Shown here piece after piece: positions 1 to 10,205 of a DNA stretch of 64,000 nucleotides. The notes below the pieces were generated by a model. The model worked only from the letters and a program-made list of their open reading frames with translations, was not told the origin of the DNA and did no database searches. The stretch lies in the sequence record MW384823.1. One strand, 5' to 3'. The position numbers and the translations under genes were made by a program. Within the stretch, counting starts at the first letter, position 1; each line of letters opens with the position of its first letter.

Positions 1-4
1 AACG

Positions 5-31
5 GAAGGGCCTGATGGCCCTTCTTTTTTT
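5..31 (+). terminator. intrinsic terminator
   Basis: GAAGGGCC-tgat-GGCCCTTC stem followed by T run. Confidence 0.8.
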
Positions 32-57
32 GTTCGCGGTGGTTCTTAGGAGTCATT

Positions 58-1485
58 ATGCAATTCTATTCCGAAGCGGCGTTGCAGCTTATTTACCGCC
101 AGGTGAACCGCGATAACCCAAACCTCCCTGCACCCATCAGTGACGACACCGTGGCCGTGAGCGGCAGTGTAAAGGCGGCAAGTACCGGTGCCGTTCGCAA
201 CAGCACCATTGTCGTCGTAGGAAAGCCGGGCCGGGGCTATTACGGTAAGACCACGTTGCGCTTTGACCGTGTTCTGTTACCGAACCTGTTCTTCCCTACG
301 CTGCGCCCAACGATTTACCTGCCCAAAACGATCACCACGTTGCAAGCGGCGTTGCCTTACATCAATGAGGCACTGGGGATCAGTTTGACGGTGGACGATC
401 TTGCTACCCCGACAACGGTTATCAGTCCAACAGCAAACAAGACCGATGTTTCCGTGGGTATTTCTTCCACCTCCCCGGCGTTTATTGGCCCGTTGCATTT
501 TAGCTATCAGTTGGAGCGTGGGGCGTATTACGACTGGTCTGGCCCAGGCCCGAAATACCTACTCTTAGGTGATGAGAACTTTGGTTATTTCGGTAAAGTC
601 GACACCACGGAGATGTTTACTAACCTTGAGTTCTGGAATGCGACATTTGCAGGGAAAGGCACCGCAGCGTCACGACAAGTTTTTGTAGAGGGATGGTTTA
701 AGTTCTTCTACAAAGGCAACGTGATTTTCATGCCGCAAGGGCCGGTTGCCAATAACGTCGGTTGGGATATGCTCTACAACCTCGGGTACATCTATGGGAT
801 TGACGGTGTTGGTAAATACCCAACCTCAACACCGGTGAACCAATCGAAGCAACTGACGTTGAAGAAAGCAGGCGTGACATCATACTTCAAAGTCCGCACA
901 CCGCGCGCTTCTCTTAACGATCCCGACGCGTACTTCAACGGACGGCCGGGTACAGGCAACTATGTGGGGACTGAGCTGGAGTTGATGTCTCGGATGTGGT
1001 CCGGTGGTGCGTGGGGTAACGAATCTGGTTCGCAGTGGGGCCAGTGGTGCATCATGCTGGACTCTATCAGTAGTGGCCCAACGACCGCCTTCCGTGTTTC
1101 GACCATGAATGCCGCGAACTGGACAGTGGGTACCAAGAGTGGTTCTGGGACGGGGTGGTATTGGTGGCCAGTCTTGGAATTGGTTGACCTCAACAACACC
1201 GTGGTGCCGCTCGAAACGGTAACAGGACGGCTTGAGAACAGCCTTATCACTTTACCTGCGATTGCTTCCGTTACAGAGACACTGTCACCTGTAGTGTTGG
1301 GCGTACCAAAGACCATCGAGTATGCACCGGTTGTGGCCAAAGCCACCGAACAATTCGAGCTGCATCCAATGGTGATGGGTACACCAAAAACCACCGACTT
1401 CAAACCGATTGCTGCCACCGCTGTTAATCGCGACATCCAGAAAACTGACCTCTCCAGCACCGACGGTGAACTGGGCGGGTTTTAA
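58..1485 (+). CDS. virion/tail-associated protein, type A paralog 1
   Basis: 475 aa; N-domain RNST...G...FDR; central GPGPxxLxxGDxxxGYFG...WFKF.YKG domain; C-terminal DGELGGF; GGAG SD. Confidence 0.7.
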   Translation: MQFYSEAALQLIYRQVNRDNPNLPAPISDDTVAVSGSVKAASTGAVRNSTIVVVGKPGRGYYGKTTLRFDRVLLPNLFFPTLRPTIYLPKTITTLQAALPYINEALGISLTVDDLATPTTVISPTANKTDVSVGISSTSPAFIGPLHFSYQLERGAYYDWSGPGPKYLLLGDENFGYFGKVDTTEMFTNLEFWNATFAGKGTAASRQVFVEGWFKFFYKGNVIFMPQGPVANNVGWDMLYNLGYIYGIDGVGKYPTSTPVNQSKQLTLKKAGVTSYFKVRTPRASLNDPDAYFNGRPGTGNYVGTELELMSRMWSGGAWGNESGSQWGQWCIMLDSISSGPTTAFRVSTMNAANWTVGTKSGSGTGWYWWPVLELVDLNNTVVPLETVTGRLENSLITLPAIASVTETLSPVVLGVPKTIEYAPVVAKATEQFELHPMVMGTPKTTDFKPIAATAVNRDIQKTDLSSTDGELGGF

Positions 1486-1497
1486 GAGGTACTACAC

Positions 1498-2496
1498 ATG
1501 GCCTTTATCTTACGTTGGACGAACCCTAACAAGCTCGCAACCACCGTGAACATCTACCGCGATACAAAAGCGTTGGTGTCGGGTGCGCTGCCCGCACCGA
1601 TTGCGACGCTCACGGGCGGAGAAACCCAGTGGCGGGATACCACGGCATTGAAGGGTGGAACTTACTATTACCTGCTGGCGGTCACCGCAAACGGAAAAAC
1701 CGTTTATGGTGCTCAGCAAAGTTACACCATTGAAGTGAAACGCGGGATTGGTCCGAACACCCTGCTTTGGGGAACGGATGAATACGGTTACTACGGACTG
1801 GTGCCGTACGCAGAACAGATGGATCAGTCGCAGTTCCCTGCTGCGTTCAATGCCATTAACACGACCGCGTTTACCGACCGTATTCCGATGATGAAGTATG
1901 CTTACCGCGGTAAGATTCTTTATCTCATCGACCGCACTCCACTTTATCCTGCGGACGTACCGTGGAATACGCTGTACACTGGCGGCCTAATCTATGGCGT
2001 TGATGGTCCGGGGCCAGATGGGTGCTGGGGTGATTCTCAGCCAACAGACCAAGGCGGTAAAATCCTGCACAACACCGACACTTATCGGTTGCGTGTACCG
2101 CGTGGCTTCCAAACCTACGACCAACCGTTGATGTTCCCATTCGACAATACGCTGGATAAAGTCAACCACGATAAGCTGGCGACCCAACCGGCGTACAACG
2201 AGTTCAACGACCTGATTTATACACAAGTGTTGGGCTTCCCAGCCAACCGTCGGGCACCGTGTAACCGTCCAAACACTTCGCTCAATTTGGGCAGCATCGC
2301 CTACCCTACGGGCAACGTTGCCTTTAACGGCGGGGTGGCGTGTCAGGAGCGGGATACGTTAACCAAGCGAGCGATGGCACGGGGGTGGTTTACCGCCACC
2401 ACGAAGGAAACTGTCCTCGATGCAATGCAGAAGGTAAACTACGTTGCTCCGACACAGGGCTGTCGTTATATCCCCATTATTGAGTTGCAGGAATAG
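1498..2496 (+). CDS. virion/tail-associated protein, type B paralog 1 (FN3/Ig-like N-domain)
   Basis: 332 aa; W...IYR...W.D...YYY N-domain plus GIGP..L.WG.DE.GYYG central domain. Confidence 0.7.
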   Translation: MAFILRWTNPNKLATTVNIYRDTKALVSGALPAPIATLTGGETQWRDTTALKGGTYYYLLAVTANGKTVYGAQQSYTIEVKRGIGPNTLLWGTDEYGYYGLVPYAEQMDQSQFPAAFNAINTTAFTDRIPMMKYAYRGKILYLIDRTPLYPADVPWNTLYTGGLIYGVDGPGPDGCWGDSQPTDQGGKILHNTDTYRLRVPRGFQTYDQPLMFPFDNTLDKVNHDKLATQPAYNEFNDLIYTQVLGFPANRRAPCNRPNTSLNLGSIAYPTGNVAFNGGVACQERDTLTKRAMARGWFTATTKETVLDAMQKVNYVAPTQGCRYIPIIELQE

Positions 2497-2504
2497 GAGC
2501 AGCG

Positions 2505-3440
2505 ATGACTATCCAAATCAAATGGCCGTCACAGGCTTCTAAGGGCCTAACGAGCATTGAGCTATACCGTAAGGTGGGTTGGAACGCTACGCTCGATGTG
2601 GTGAATCCTGGGACGCCTTACAAGGTGTTAGACCCGTCTGCGACATCCTTCACCGAAGACCTTAAAGACCTGACCGAGAAAACGATGTACTCGTACTGGG
2701 TAGCAGGGGTAAAAGGTGATGAGCGACTCATCGGGTCGAAGATTGTTCAGCCGTTCTATCTGGACACGGGTCCGGGTGCACAGGTGCCGATTCGGGGCGA
2801 CTGGATTTGCGGTTACTTCGGTCGGTTGTCGAAAGATGAGTTTTTCAACCGACAGGAAGTGTTGGCGCAGCTAACCAGTACACAGCAGAACATCTACCAA
2901 AACGAGCCTGCTTATTGGCACAAGTTTGTTTTTCGTGGAAAAATCCTGTTTATCCCTGAAACGCATCAGGGATACGTATCGATTGCCGGTGCGTACGCAC
3001 AAGGGATGGTCAGTGGGGCCGATGACTTAGCTATTACCCCGAGCGGCACGTCGAAGGTTGCCCAAAACACACGGGTACAAAAAGACGGCAGGCAGTACAT
3101 TCTACGCTTACCGTGGGGCAACACCCCCGGCGAGGCAAATGGATGGGGTAGCAAAGGTGAGTGGTTCAACACCATGGGTCGGTTGTATGGCGGGTCGGGA
3201 AGTAACGGCGCTGACAGCTTTATTTCGGATTTGGGCGTCAGCCAACCTTTCTGGGGTGATTTGCCCGTAGTTGGCAATGGGAGTGCCGGGACGGATATCG
3301 GTGCTGTGGCACTGATTCCACTGTTGACCACAAGCGTCTATTACTACGCCTATGCGTACCGCCCCATGTCACTCACGTCGGCGTCGGGCGTCACCTCGCC
3401 ACTGTACTTGCGTTACGTCTTTGAACTTGTCTTACCTTAA
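2505..3440 (+). CDS. virion/tail-associated protein, type C paralog 1
   Basis: 311 aa; I.W.SQ..KG...ELYR N-domain plus GPG...GYFG...WHKF.F.GKILFIP. Confidence 0.7.
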   Translation: MTIQIKWPSQASKGLTSIELYRKVGWNATLDVVNPGTPYKVLDPSATSFTEDLKDLTEKTMYSYWVAGVKGDERLIGSKIVQPFYLDTGPGAQVPIRGDWICGYFGRLSKDEFFNRQEVLAQLTSTQQNIYQNEPAYWHKFVFRGKILFIPETHQGYVSIAGAYAQGMVSGADDLAITPSGTSKVAQNTRVQKDGRQYILRLPWGNTPGEANGWGSKGEWFNTMGRLYGGSGSNGADSFISDLGVSQPFWGDLPVVGNGSAGTDIGAVALIPLLTTSVYYYAYAYRPMSLTSASGVTSPLYLRYVFELVLP

Positions 3441-3452
3441 CGGAGTATCACC

Positions 3453-4853
3453 ATGGGGCTATATGCGGCAAACTCACTAAGTTTGGTGTGCCAGCAAATC
3501 CTCCGTGACAACCCTGATCTCCCCTTTCCGCTGACCAAAGATAATATCCTTGTGCTCGGCGGACCTTTCACTACGAACCTTGGGACGAGCGGGCGAAAAA
3601 CCCGCCTTGTCTTAAACGGGAAAGCCGGTGCTGGGTTTACGGGGCGCAGAGAGTTTTTCTACGACAGGCTTGACCTGTCAAAACTCTTTACAGGTATCAC
3701 GGTGGTGTTTGAAGCGGATGGCAAAGCTGCGACGGTTGCAGATTTGTTACCGGCTTTAAATGAACAGTACGGACTGGGGTTAGAGGCGTCGGACATCTCG
3801 AATGGGACTACGGCGTTGTCTTACGCGTACCAGCCAACGGTTGTACCGATTACAGTTGCGTCAACATCACTTGCTTACACCGGCACGTTGTCGGTAACGT
3901 GGTCACGTAAACCTTCCGGCTATTACCCGGATTCTGGCCCCGGTTCAAAGACCATGTTGATTGGGGATATGTCGGCAGGCTATTTCGGTACGGTAACCCA
4001 AGCTGAATTTATGTCTGCGTCCGACCTCTTCGACAGTGACCGTGACACGCTGGGTAACTTTACACCGGTGCTGAATGTGAATCTCTTCTGGATTAAGATT
4101 GCATTGGATGGGGAAATCTATTACTTCCCAAGCAGCACGCTGATGACCGGGGTGACGTGGAATGCGTTGAATGCCATCGGTGCGGTGAAGGGCGACAGCA
4201 AATACCCGTGGGTCGTGAAAACCGGTGACGGGAATAATACGTTTGTTGATTTGGCATTGCCACGCTCGAATTCGGCTGACCCTATGGGGCCGGTACGGAA
4301 CGAGGCAGGGAGTGTCTCCGCTCGTATCTTTAATAAGCTGCACGGCAACACATACGGTACCAAAGAGTGGGATAACTTGTCGTTTGATTTAAACACATTG
4401 TTCATGTGGATGAACCATTACGACGACGGTACAACAAACTCCATCTTTACCAGCCAGATGAACCAAGCCACCGTAACCAGCATTAAGGATAACGTGGCGT
4501 ACAACTGGCGGCCCATGTTGAAATTGGTGCAAGGTAAGACGGTCGTTATTCCGCTGCGTAATGTTAAGGGCGAACCGTTTGGGCGAATTATTCCGCCTGC
4601 GATGAGCATTGACCAATCACGCGATCCGAAGATGCCGGTGCGTATGATCAATGTCTTGGGTACGTATCTGCGGACGATCAGTGCGCCTGCAATGCAGCTG
4701 CCGAGAATGTCACCGCAGGACACGGTACGACCTCCAATCAATGTGACTGCGGCAATTCCGAACGGCGGCTTCCGGTACATGAAAATTACCGTGGATGTCA
4801 ATTCGAAGATTCCGCTCAGTAGCCTTGACGGCGAACTCCCTGAATTTCAATAG
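3453..4853 (+). CDS. virion/tail-associated protein, type A paralog 2
   Basis: 466 aa; same architecture as 58..1485; ends DGELPEFQ. Confidence 0.7.
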   Translation: MGLYAANSLSLVCQQILRDNPDLPFPLTKDNILVLGGPFTTNLGTSGRKTRLVLNGKAGAGFTGRREFFYDRLDLSKLFTGITVVFEADGKAATVADLLPALNEQYGLGLEASDISNGTTALSYAYQPTVVPITVASTSLAYTGTLSVTWSRKPSGYYPDSGPGSKTMLIGDMSAGYFGTVTQAEFMSASDLFDSDRDTLGNFTPVLNVNLFWIKIALDGEIYYFPSSTLMTGVTWNALNAIGAVKGDSKYPWVVKTGDGNNTFVDLALPRSNSADPMGPVRNEAGSVSARIFNKLHGNTYGTKEWDNLSFDLNTLFMWMNHYDDGTTNSIFTSQMNQATVTSIKDNVAYNWRPMLKLVQGKTVVIPLRNVKGEPFGRIIPPAMSIDQSRDPKMPVRMINVLGTYLRTISAPAMQLPRMSPQDTVRPPINVTAAIPNGGFRYMKITVDVNSKIPLSSLDGELPEFQ

Positions 4854-4861
4854 GTGAAATC

Positions 4862-5914
4862 ATGGCTTTAAGATTAAAATGGGATAACCCCAACGTTGTC
4901 ACCACCAAGACAACGATTTACCGTGGTGATGCGCCGCTTGACAACGCGAACTTGCCTGCACCATTGGTAACGTTGGCCGCTGGGATTACCGAGTGGGTGG
5001 ATAACGACGCAAAGTTCGGTAACACGTACTATTACATCCTCGGCAGCAAAACCGACGTGGATGAAGTGTTGACACCTAACCAGAAGATTCTGGTGGCGGA
5101 CAACCGGGGCATTGGTCCTTCCACACTGATGTTGGGTGATGACAGCTTGGGCTTCTTCGGACAAGTGTTGTCTTCTGACTTTGTGAACTCAACCCACATT
5201 CTTGCCGCTGCCGCGACAACATCGGGTCTGCCGACCGGTACAGTTACACCGACATGGAACAAGTTTATCCGCAAGGGTAAAATCATTTATGTTCCAGATC
5301 GTACGTTCGGCGTGTGTCCTTGGTCATCTATTTATCAAGCGGGCTTGGTGTACGGTGTCGATGCAAACGGACCTGCCGACGCAGTCTTGGCCGGGTTAAC
5401 ACTAACGAACCAGAACCGCATCATCGACTTTAAGGGATACAAATACAAAGTTCGACTGCTGCGTGGCATCACTGACCGTCCATTGACGCTCGACCTGTGG
5501 AATGCTCAAAAAAGCAACCAAGAACAGCTCACGGTAGCTGAGGATAACGAATTCAACGATTTGTTCTATCCGTTGGTGTGGCCAGTGCCACTGAAGTACC
5601 AGCGTCTACCGAACATCTTTGAAGACGCGCCGGACTTGTTCTTGGGCGCGCCGTGGAACTCCTACGACAGCACCACTGCGGGCAACCTGACGTTGACTAA
5701 TCGTATTTGGTGTCAAGAGCGTGCACCTAACGCGAATTCTGCGGCGTCAACCTCCGTCGTGCGTGGGGTGCGTGTTGCAGTGTACGGCGGTACGACGTAT
5801 CCCTATACGGCGGATTACATTTCGGCGATGGCGTACAACGCGGGTAACTTGAGCTGCTTCTGGTTCCCGGTATTAGAGTTGGTTGAAGATACCGCTGTTG
5901 TGGCGAAGAGGTAA
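4862..5914 (+). CDS. virion/tail-associated protein, type B paralog 2
   Basis: 350 aa; MALRLKWDNPN resembles MAFILRWTNPN; RGIGP motif. Confidence 0.7.
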   Translation: MALRLKWDNPNVVTTKTTIYRGDAPLDNANLPAPLVTLAAGITEWVDNDAKFGNTYYYILGSKTDVDEVLTPNQKILVADNRGIGPSTLMLGDDSLGFFGQVLSSDFVNSTHILAAAATTSGLPTGTVTPTWNKFIRKGKIIYVPDRTFGVCPWSSIYQAGLVYGVDANGPADAVLAGLTLTNQNRIIDFKGYKYKVRLLRGITDRPLTLDLWNAQKSNQEQLTVAEDNEFNDLFYPLVWPVPLKYQRLPNIFEDAPDLFLGAPWNSYDSTTAGNLTLTNRIWCQERAPNANSAASTSVVRGVRVAVYGGTTYPYTADYISAMAYNAGNLSCFWFPVLELVEDTAVVAKR

Positions 5915-5920
5915 ACAAAA

Positions 5921-6805
5921 ATGGGTGTTAAAATCAGTTGGGATAGCCAAGCGGGTAAAGGGTTGGATGCGGTCGAAGTGTATCGTAGCAAAACCAAGAT
6001 TGACCCGCAGAATCCGGGTACGCCATTGGCGACGCTCGATCCGAGCCTGACGTCGTATGAAGATTTCACGGCGGTCAACAAAAACCTTTACTACTACTGT
6101 CTGGCAGCGAAGAAAGGGTCTGAACGGTCTTTTGGTACCAATCAGTTGACCGCGTATTTCTCGGAGACCGGGCCGGGTAACGCCACCCTTGCGCGGGGAA
6201 GTTGGAACGCAGGCTTTATGGATCGTGTGCCGAGTGCTTCGTTTATTACCGGAAACGACTTGGCCGCAAAACTGACGGGCCTGGTTTACACTGGTAACCC
6301 CGGACAACCGGCTAACTGGTTCAAGTTTGCGTACAAAGGGAAGATTCTGTTCTTCCCAGATGTCGCACTGTTCACCGCCTCGTGGAGCCGTTTCTACGAC
6401 GCAGGCATGGTGTTCGGTACCGATGATTTTGGGAAAACGCCGTCGGGGGTACCGGGTTCGGTTAACCAGAAACGTATCGTGGAAATCAACGGGTTGCAAT
6501 ACATCGCACGTTTGGCCAAGCTCTCTGACATCGACTTGGGTAAATACCTGACGGTGCAAGATGATACCATCGCCAGCGAATACCGTTCGACGTTAACCCG
6601 TATGCTGCGCGCGACGGTTGAAACACAAGCGGGTGCGTTACGTCGTTTCGGTGACATGACGTCGTTACCACTCATGTTGGGCCAACATCTATATTCGGCA
6701 ACACAGGCAGCGTTTGCGCAAGCGGCAGCACCGGCGACGTTAGGCGTGACGGCTATTACCACCGCCGTATCCACTGCCATTGTGCTTGAGCTGATCATGC
6801 CATAA
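5921..6805 (+). CDS. virion/tail-associated protein, type C paralog 2
   Basis: 294 aa; MGVKISWDSQAGKGL; WFKFAYKGKILFFP; ends LELIMP. Confidence 0.7.
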   Translation: MGVKISWDSQAGKGLDAVEVYRSKTKIDPQNPGTPLATLDPSLTSYEDFTAVNKNLYYYCLAAKKGSERSFGTNQLTAYFSETGPGNATLARGSWNAGFMDRVPSASFITGNDLAAKLTGLVYTGNPGQPANWFKFAYKGKILFFPDVALFTASWSRFYDAGMVFGTDDFGKTPSGVPGSVNQKRIVEINGLQYIARLAKLSDIDLGKYLTVQDDTIASEYRSTLTRMLRATVETQAGALRRFGDMTSLPLMLGQHLYSATQAAFAQAAAPATLGVTAITTAVSTAIVLELIMP

Positions 6806-6817
6806 CGGGGAAAGCCC

Positions 6818-8239
6818 ATGGGTTTCTACAACGGTACTGCACTGGAGTTATTGTGCAAACAAGTCGTCATTGATAACCCTGACATGGCGGGACTTATCTC
6901 GCCAGATTCTGTCGTTATACACGGGCCGGTTTCGGCCCGTAATTTTGGGGGTCGTAATACACTCGCGAATTTCGTGGGTGTACCCGGTAAAGGGTTAGCC
7001 GGTAAAATCGACCTCTATTACGACCGTATCAACCTCCTGAGTTTTACGAACCAAAAGTATCTTCCGGTCTCTGTTGCAGGCGACGCGGTAACATTAGAAG
7101 ATGCGATACCGGACATTAACGACGCGCTCGGGCTTAACTTGATGGCGGATGATTTCACTTCACCAAAGACGGTGTTGTCGGGCGGTATCAGTCCCACAAA
7201 TCTCTCCTTTGCCATCAAGAACACCTCGCCCCTCTACACCGGCAGCCTAAACGTGAGTTGGACAAGGAAACCGGTTGGTGTCTATCCAAATTCCGGACCG
7301 GGGCCGCAAGAACTGCGTATCGGTAACGAAGATTTGGGTTACTTTGGTATTGTCTCAGCTATCGATATGCCTAACGGTACACAAATCGCAAACGGTGTGG
7401 TGGCGGGCACGACCATTACCCCACCGGCGAGCGGCGGGACAACCGTAGGCTGGATGAAGTTCTTTTACAAAGGCAAAATCGTCTTTATCCCCAAAACGAA
7501 CATGGCGGGCGTAACGTGGAATGACTACTACAAGGCGGGTTCGCTCTACAGTCAAGACGACCCGAACTACCTTGTTAACCCCGGCACCGATAAAGTTGTT
7601 GTTCCGCAAGACAAGGTGTTTTCATACACCGACACCAAAAACCGGACATTCTATTTTCACCACCGTCTCCCACGCGGCTCCGATGTCATTGATCAAAAAA
7701 TTGGTTCGAATCTTCTGACCTTTGGGGAAGATTACGCATTGGTTTCACGACTCAATGGGGGTGAGTGGGGAACAGAGCCCGGTATCGCATTGTTCGGTAA
7801 CTATTGGATGTCGCAACACCGTATACCGGGAAACGATGCATGGTACATCATATTCAACTTCCGCGGTAGCGGTTTCATGGGTATGGATAAAACGTCAAAA
7901 TACAATTACGTCCCGGTATTGGAACTGGTAGACCCAAGCCAAGCGTTAATAGGCGTGGCTGACTTTACGGTACAATACACGATGCCGAATGGGCCTGTAT
8001 TTGCCGTGGCGGAACCGGCTGTAAATGACTTGGTTCCGATTGCACCGATCACGACGGCTGAGTTGCTTCACACGCCGCCTGCGGTGTCCGTTGAAAGCAC
8101 GGAGAGTATTGTCCCGATTGTACCTGCCCCTACCGACTCGATACGCTTCACGCCTGCGGTAGCCACGGCGACAATCCGTACACCAAATTCGAAATTCCCT
8201 CTCGATGAAGCAGACGGTGAATTGGATACCTTTAACTGA
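6818..8239 (+). CDS. virion/tail-associated protein, type A paralog 3
   Basis: 473 aa; same architecture; ends DGELDTFN. Confidence 0.7.
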   Translation: MGFYNGTALELLCKQVVIDNPDMAGLISPDSVVIHGPVSARNFGGRNTLANFVGVPGKGLAGKIDLYYDRINLLSFTNQKYLPVSVAGDAVTLEDAIPDINDALGLNLMADDFTSPKTVLSGGISPTNLSFAIKNTSPLYTGSLNVSWTRKPVGVYPNSGPGPQELRIGNEDLGYFGIVSAIDMPNGTQIANGVVAGTTITPPASGGTTVGWMKFFYKGKIVFIPKTNMAGVTWNDYYKAGSLYSQDDPNYLVNPGTDKVVVPQDKVFSYTDTKNRTFYFHHRLPRGSDVIDQKIGSNLLTFGEDYALVSRLNGGEWGTEPGIALFGNYWMSQHRIPGNDAWYIIFNFRGSGFMGMDKTSKYNYVPVLELVDPSQALIGVADFTVQYTMPNGPVFAVAEPAVNDLVPIAPITTAELLHTPPAVSVESTESIVPIVPAPTDSIRFTPAVATATIRTPNSKFPLDEADGELDTFN

Positions 8240-8256
8240 TAAGGAGTGCCGCGAAA

Positions 8257-9252
8257 ATGGCTTTCACATTACGCTGGCGGAACGACAATAAAAAACCGGT
8301 GGTCGTGCGCATCTACCGCGACACCTCGCCCATCTCCCCTGCCTCACTCCCAGAACCCTTAGCAGTGTTAAGTAATGGGGAAACGTCGTGGGATGACACC
8401 ACTGCGCTGTATGGTGTGGCCTACAACTACTTCACGACGGTAACGGACCCTGCCACTAACCGCACGGTAAACGGAATCAACACCGTTTACACCAAACAAC
8501 AACGGCGGGGCGTAGGGCCAAATGAGCTGGTCTACGGAACCGACCAGCTGGGGTATTTCGGGCCACTGGATTACGATGACCAGTTCCCTTTGGGTCAATT
8601 CCAGCAAAAAGTGCAGGATGTGTTCCTTGCCAGAAGTACCGCGTGGAATGCGGCCTACCGATTGAACCTCGTCAAATTCATTCGTAACGGTAAAATTCTC
8701 TACATTCCAGCGGCGGGCTATCTTACCAATCAGATGTCATGGGCTGACCTGTACGCCGCCGGGATGGTTTATGGTACCGATGATGCTGGGCCGGAAGGTG
8801 GGCACGGTGACTTGCCGGACGCCATTCAGGACGCAAAGTGCCAGTGGAAAGGGGATACCTATCGATTGCGTGTCCTGCGGGGGTTGTCGGACGACTCTGA
8901 CCCTAAAGCGTGGCCGTTTGATGAGAAGTACAACGGTGTGTCGCACGATGATACCGATTTGACCGGGTTCAGTGAATTCAACGATCTCTTTTATTCGACA
9001 CAGCTGTACTTCCCTAAGAAACGACGCGTGTCAGGATGGCGTTTTGCTTACCCGCCTTCCTCAGGCACGACAGGGTACCAAGATGGCCACATCTGCATGG
9101 AGCACGACACCAACTCAAATCGGTGCCTCACGCGTGGATTAACCAACTTAGGTTCGTCGTCGGTTACAAATATCACGCAAATCAATTACGTTAACCATGC
9201 CAACAAAAATGGCCTGTACTGTCCGGTAATTGAACTGGTGGAGAACTACTGA
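8257..9252 (+). CDS. virion/tail-associated protein, type B paralog 3
   Basis: 331 aa; MAFTLRWRN; RGVGPNELVYG. Confidence 0.7.
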   Translation: MAFTLRWRNDNKKPVVVRIYRDTSPISPASLPEPLAVLSNGETSWDDTTALYGVAYNYFTTVTDPATNRTVNGINTVYTKQQRRGVGPNELVYGTDQLGYFGPLDYDDQFPLGQFQQKVQDVFLARSTAWNAAYRLNLVKFIRNGKILYIPAAGYLTNQMSWADLYAAGMVYGTDDAGPEGGHGDLPDAIQDAKCQWKGDTYRLRVLRGLSDDSDPKAWPFDEKYNGVSHDDTDLTGFSEFNDLFYSTQLYFPKKRRVSGWRFAYPPSSGTTGYQDGHICMEHDTNSNRCLTRGLTNLGSSSVTNITQINYVNHANKNGLYCPVIELVENY

Positions 9253-10151
9253 TGGGTATTGTATTGAAGTGGCCCAGCCAGACTGCGAAGGGCATTGAGG
9301 CGATTGAAGTCTATCGTCTCGCAGGTCAGGCCGCCGTGTTGAATCGTAACACACTTCCTGCCCCACTGGTAACACTTGGTCCAGATGCTACCCGCTACGA
9401 GGATACATCGGTTGCAAAAAACACGGTGTACAGTTACTGGGTTGCATCGGTAAAAAACGGCGAGCGCGTCTTCGGTTCTCGACTGATTGAAGCGTATTAC
9501 CTTGATGTCGGGCCAGGACCCACGGATATTAAGTTCGGTACATGGTGGGAGGGGTATTTTGGGCCGGTGGAGGTCAGTGAACTGTTGACCCATCTGGAAA
9601 TCAATGGACAACTGGGGATAACGGCTGCGCAGTACACACCTGCACGGTACCACAAGTTCATGTTCCGGGGTCGGATATTGTTCATCCCCGAAACCCGAAC
9701 CGCCAGCATGACGTACAATCAACAGTACAACAGCGGTCTGGTATTTGGTACGGATGACAGCGGGGCAGTCCCTACGGGGTCGGCGTCGCGTAACCAACGG
9801 CGGACTGTGCAGAAAAACGGCCGGGAATTTGTAATACGGTTCCCGTACAACGCGGCTTATACAATCAAGCAAGCCTCCGGATTGAACGCTGCAAATTATC
9901 TGGCTGATGGCGAATGGCTTAACACCATGATACGTCTGTTGTTAATCAACAATGGCGGAGAAAAGTGGGGGGACATAGCACTTGCGGACACGGCAGCCAG
10001 CCTTAACGGATTGGGAAGCACGATGTTTGCACAGCAGTACGGCGTAAGCGTATGTTATTTTGTTTATGGAACAGCCCCCCAAAACGTGTCAACGTTGAAC
10101 GTGAGTAGCGCTGCGTCAATTTTCCACGTTTTGGAACTCGTGATACCGTAG
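9252..10151 (+). CDS. virion/tail-associated protein, type C paralog 3
   Basis: 299 aa; MGIVLKWPSQTAKG; TGATG stop/start overlap; ends LELVIP. Confidence 0.7.
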   Translation: MGIVLKWPSQTAKGIEAIEVYRLAGQAAVLNRNTLPAPLVTLGPDATRYEDTSVAKNTVYSYWVASVKNGERVFGSRLIEAYYLDVGPGPTDIKFGTWWEGYFGPVEVSELLTHLEINGQLGITAAQYTPARYHKFMFRGRILFIPETRTASMTYNQQYNSGLVFGTDDSGAVPTGSASRNQRRTVQKNGREFVIRFPYNAAYTIKQASGLNAANYLADGEWLNTMIRLLLINNGGEKWGDIALADTAASLNGLGSTMFAQQYGVSVCYFVYGTAPQNVSTLNVSSAASIFHVLELVIP

Positions 10152-10153
10152 AC

Positions 10154-10205
10154 AAAAAAATAAGGACCCTACTCTCCCGTAAAGGAGAGTAGGACTTTTT
10201 TATTT
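10154..10205. terminator. bidirectional intrinsic terminator
   Basis: A run, CCTACTCTCC-cgtaaa-GGAGAGTAGG, T run; between convergent genes. Confidence 0.8.

Noticed and set aside
960-9872. Long antisense ORFs across the A-B-C module (e.g. 960..1460, 5873..6559, 9246..9872)
   Set aside because: They fully overlap well-supported paralogous genes and lack SDs or domain signals.
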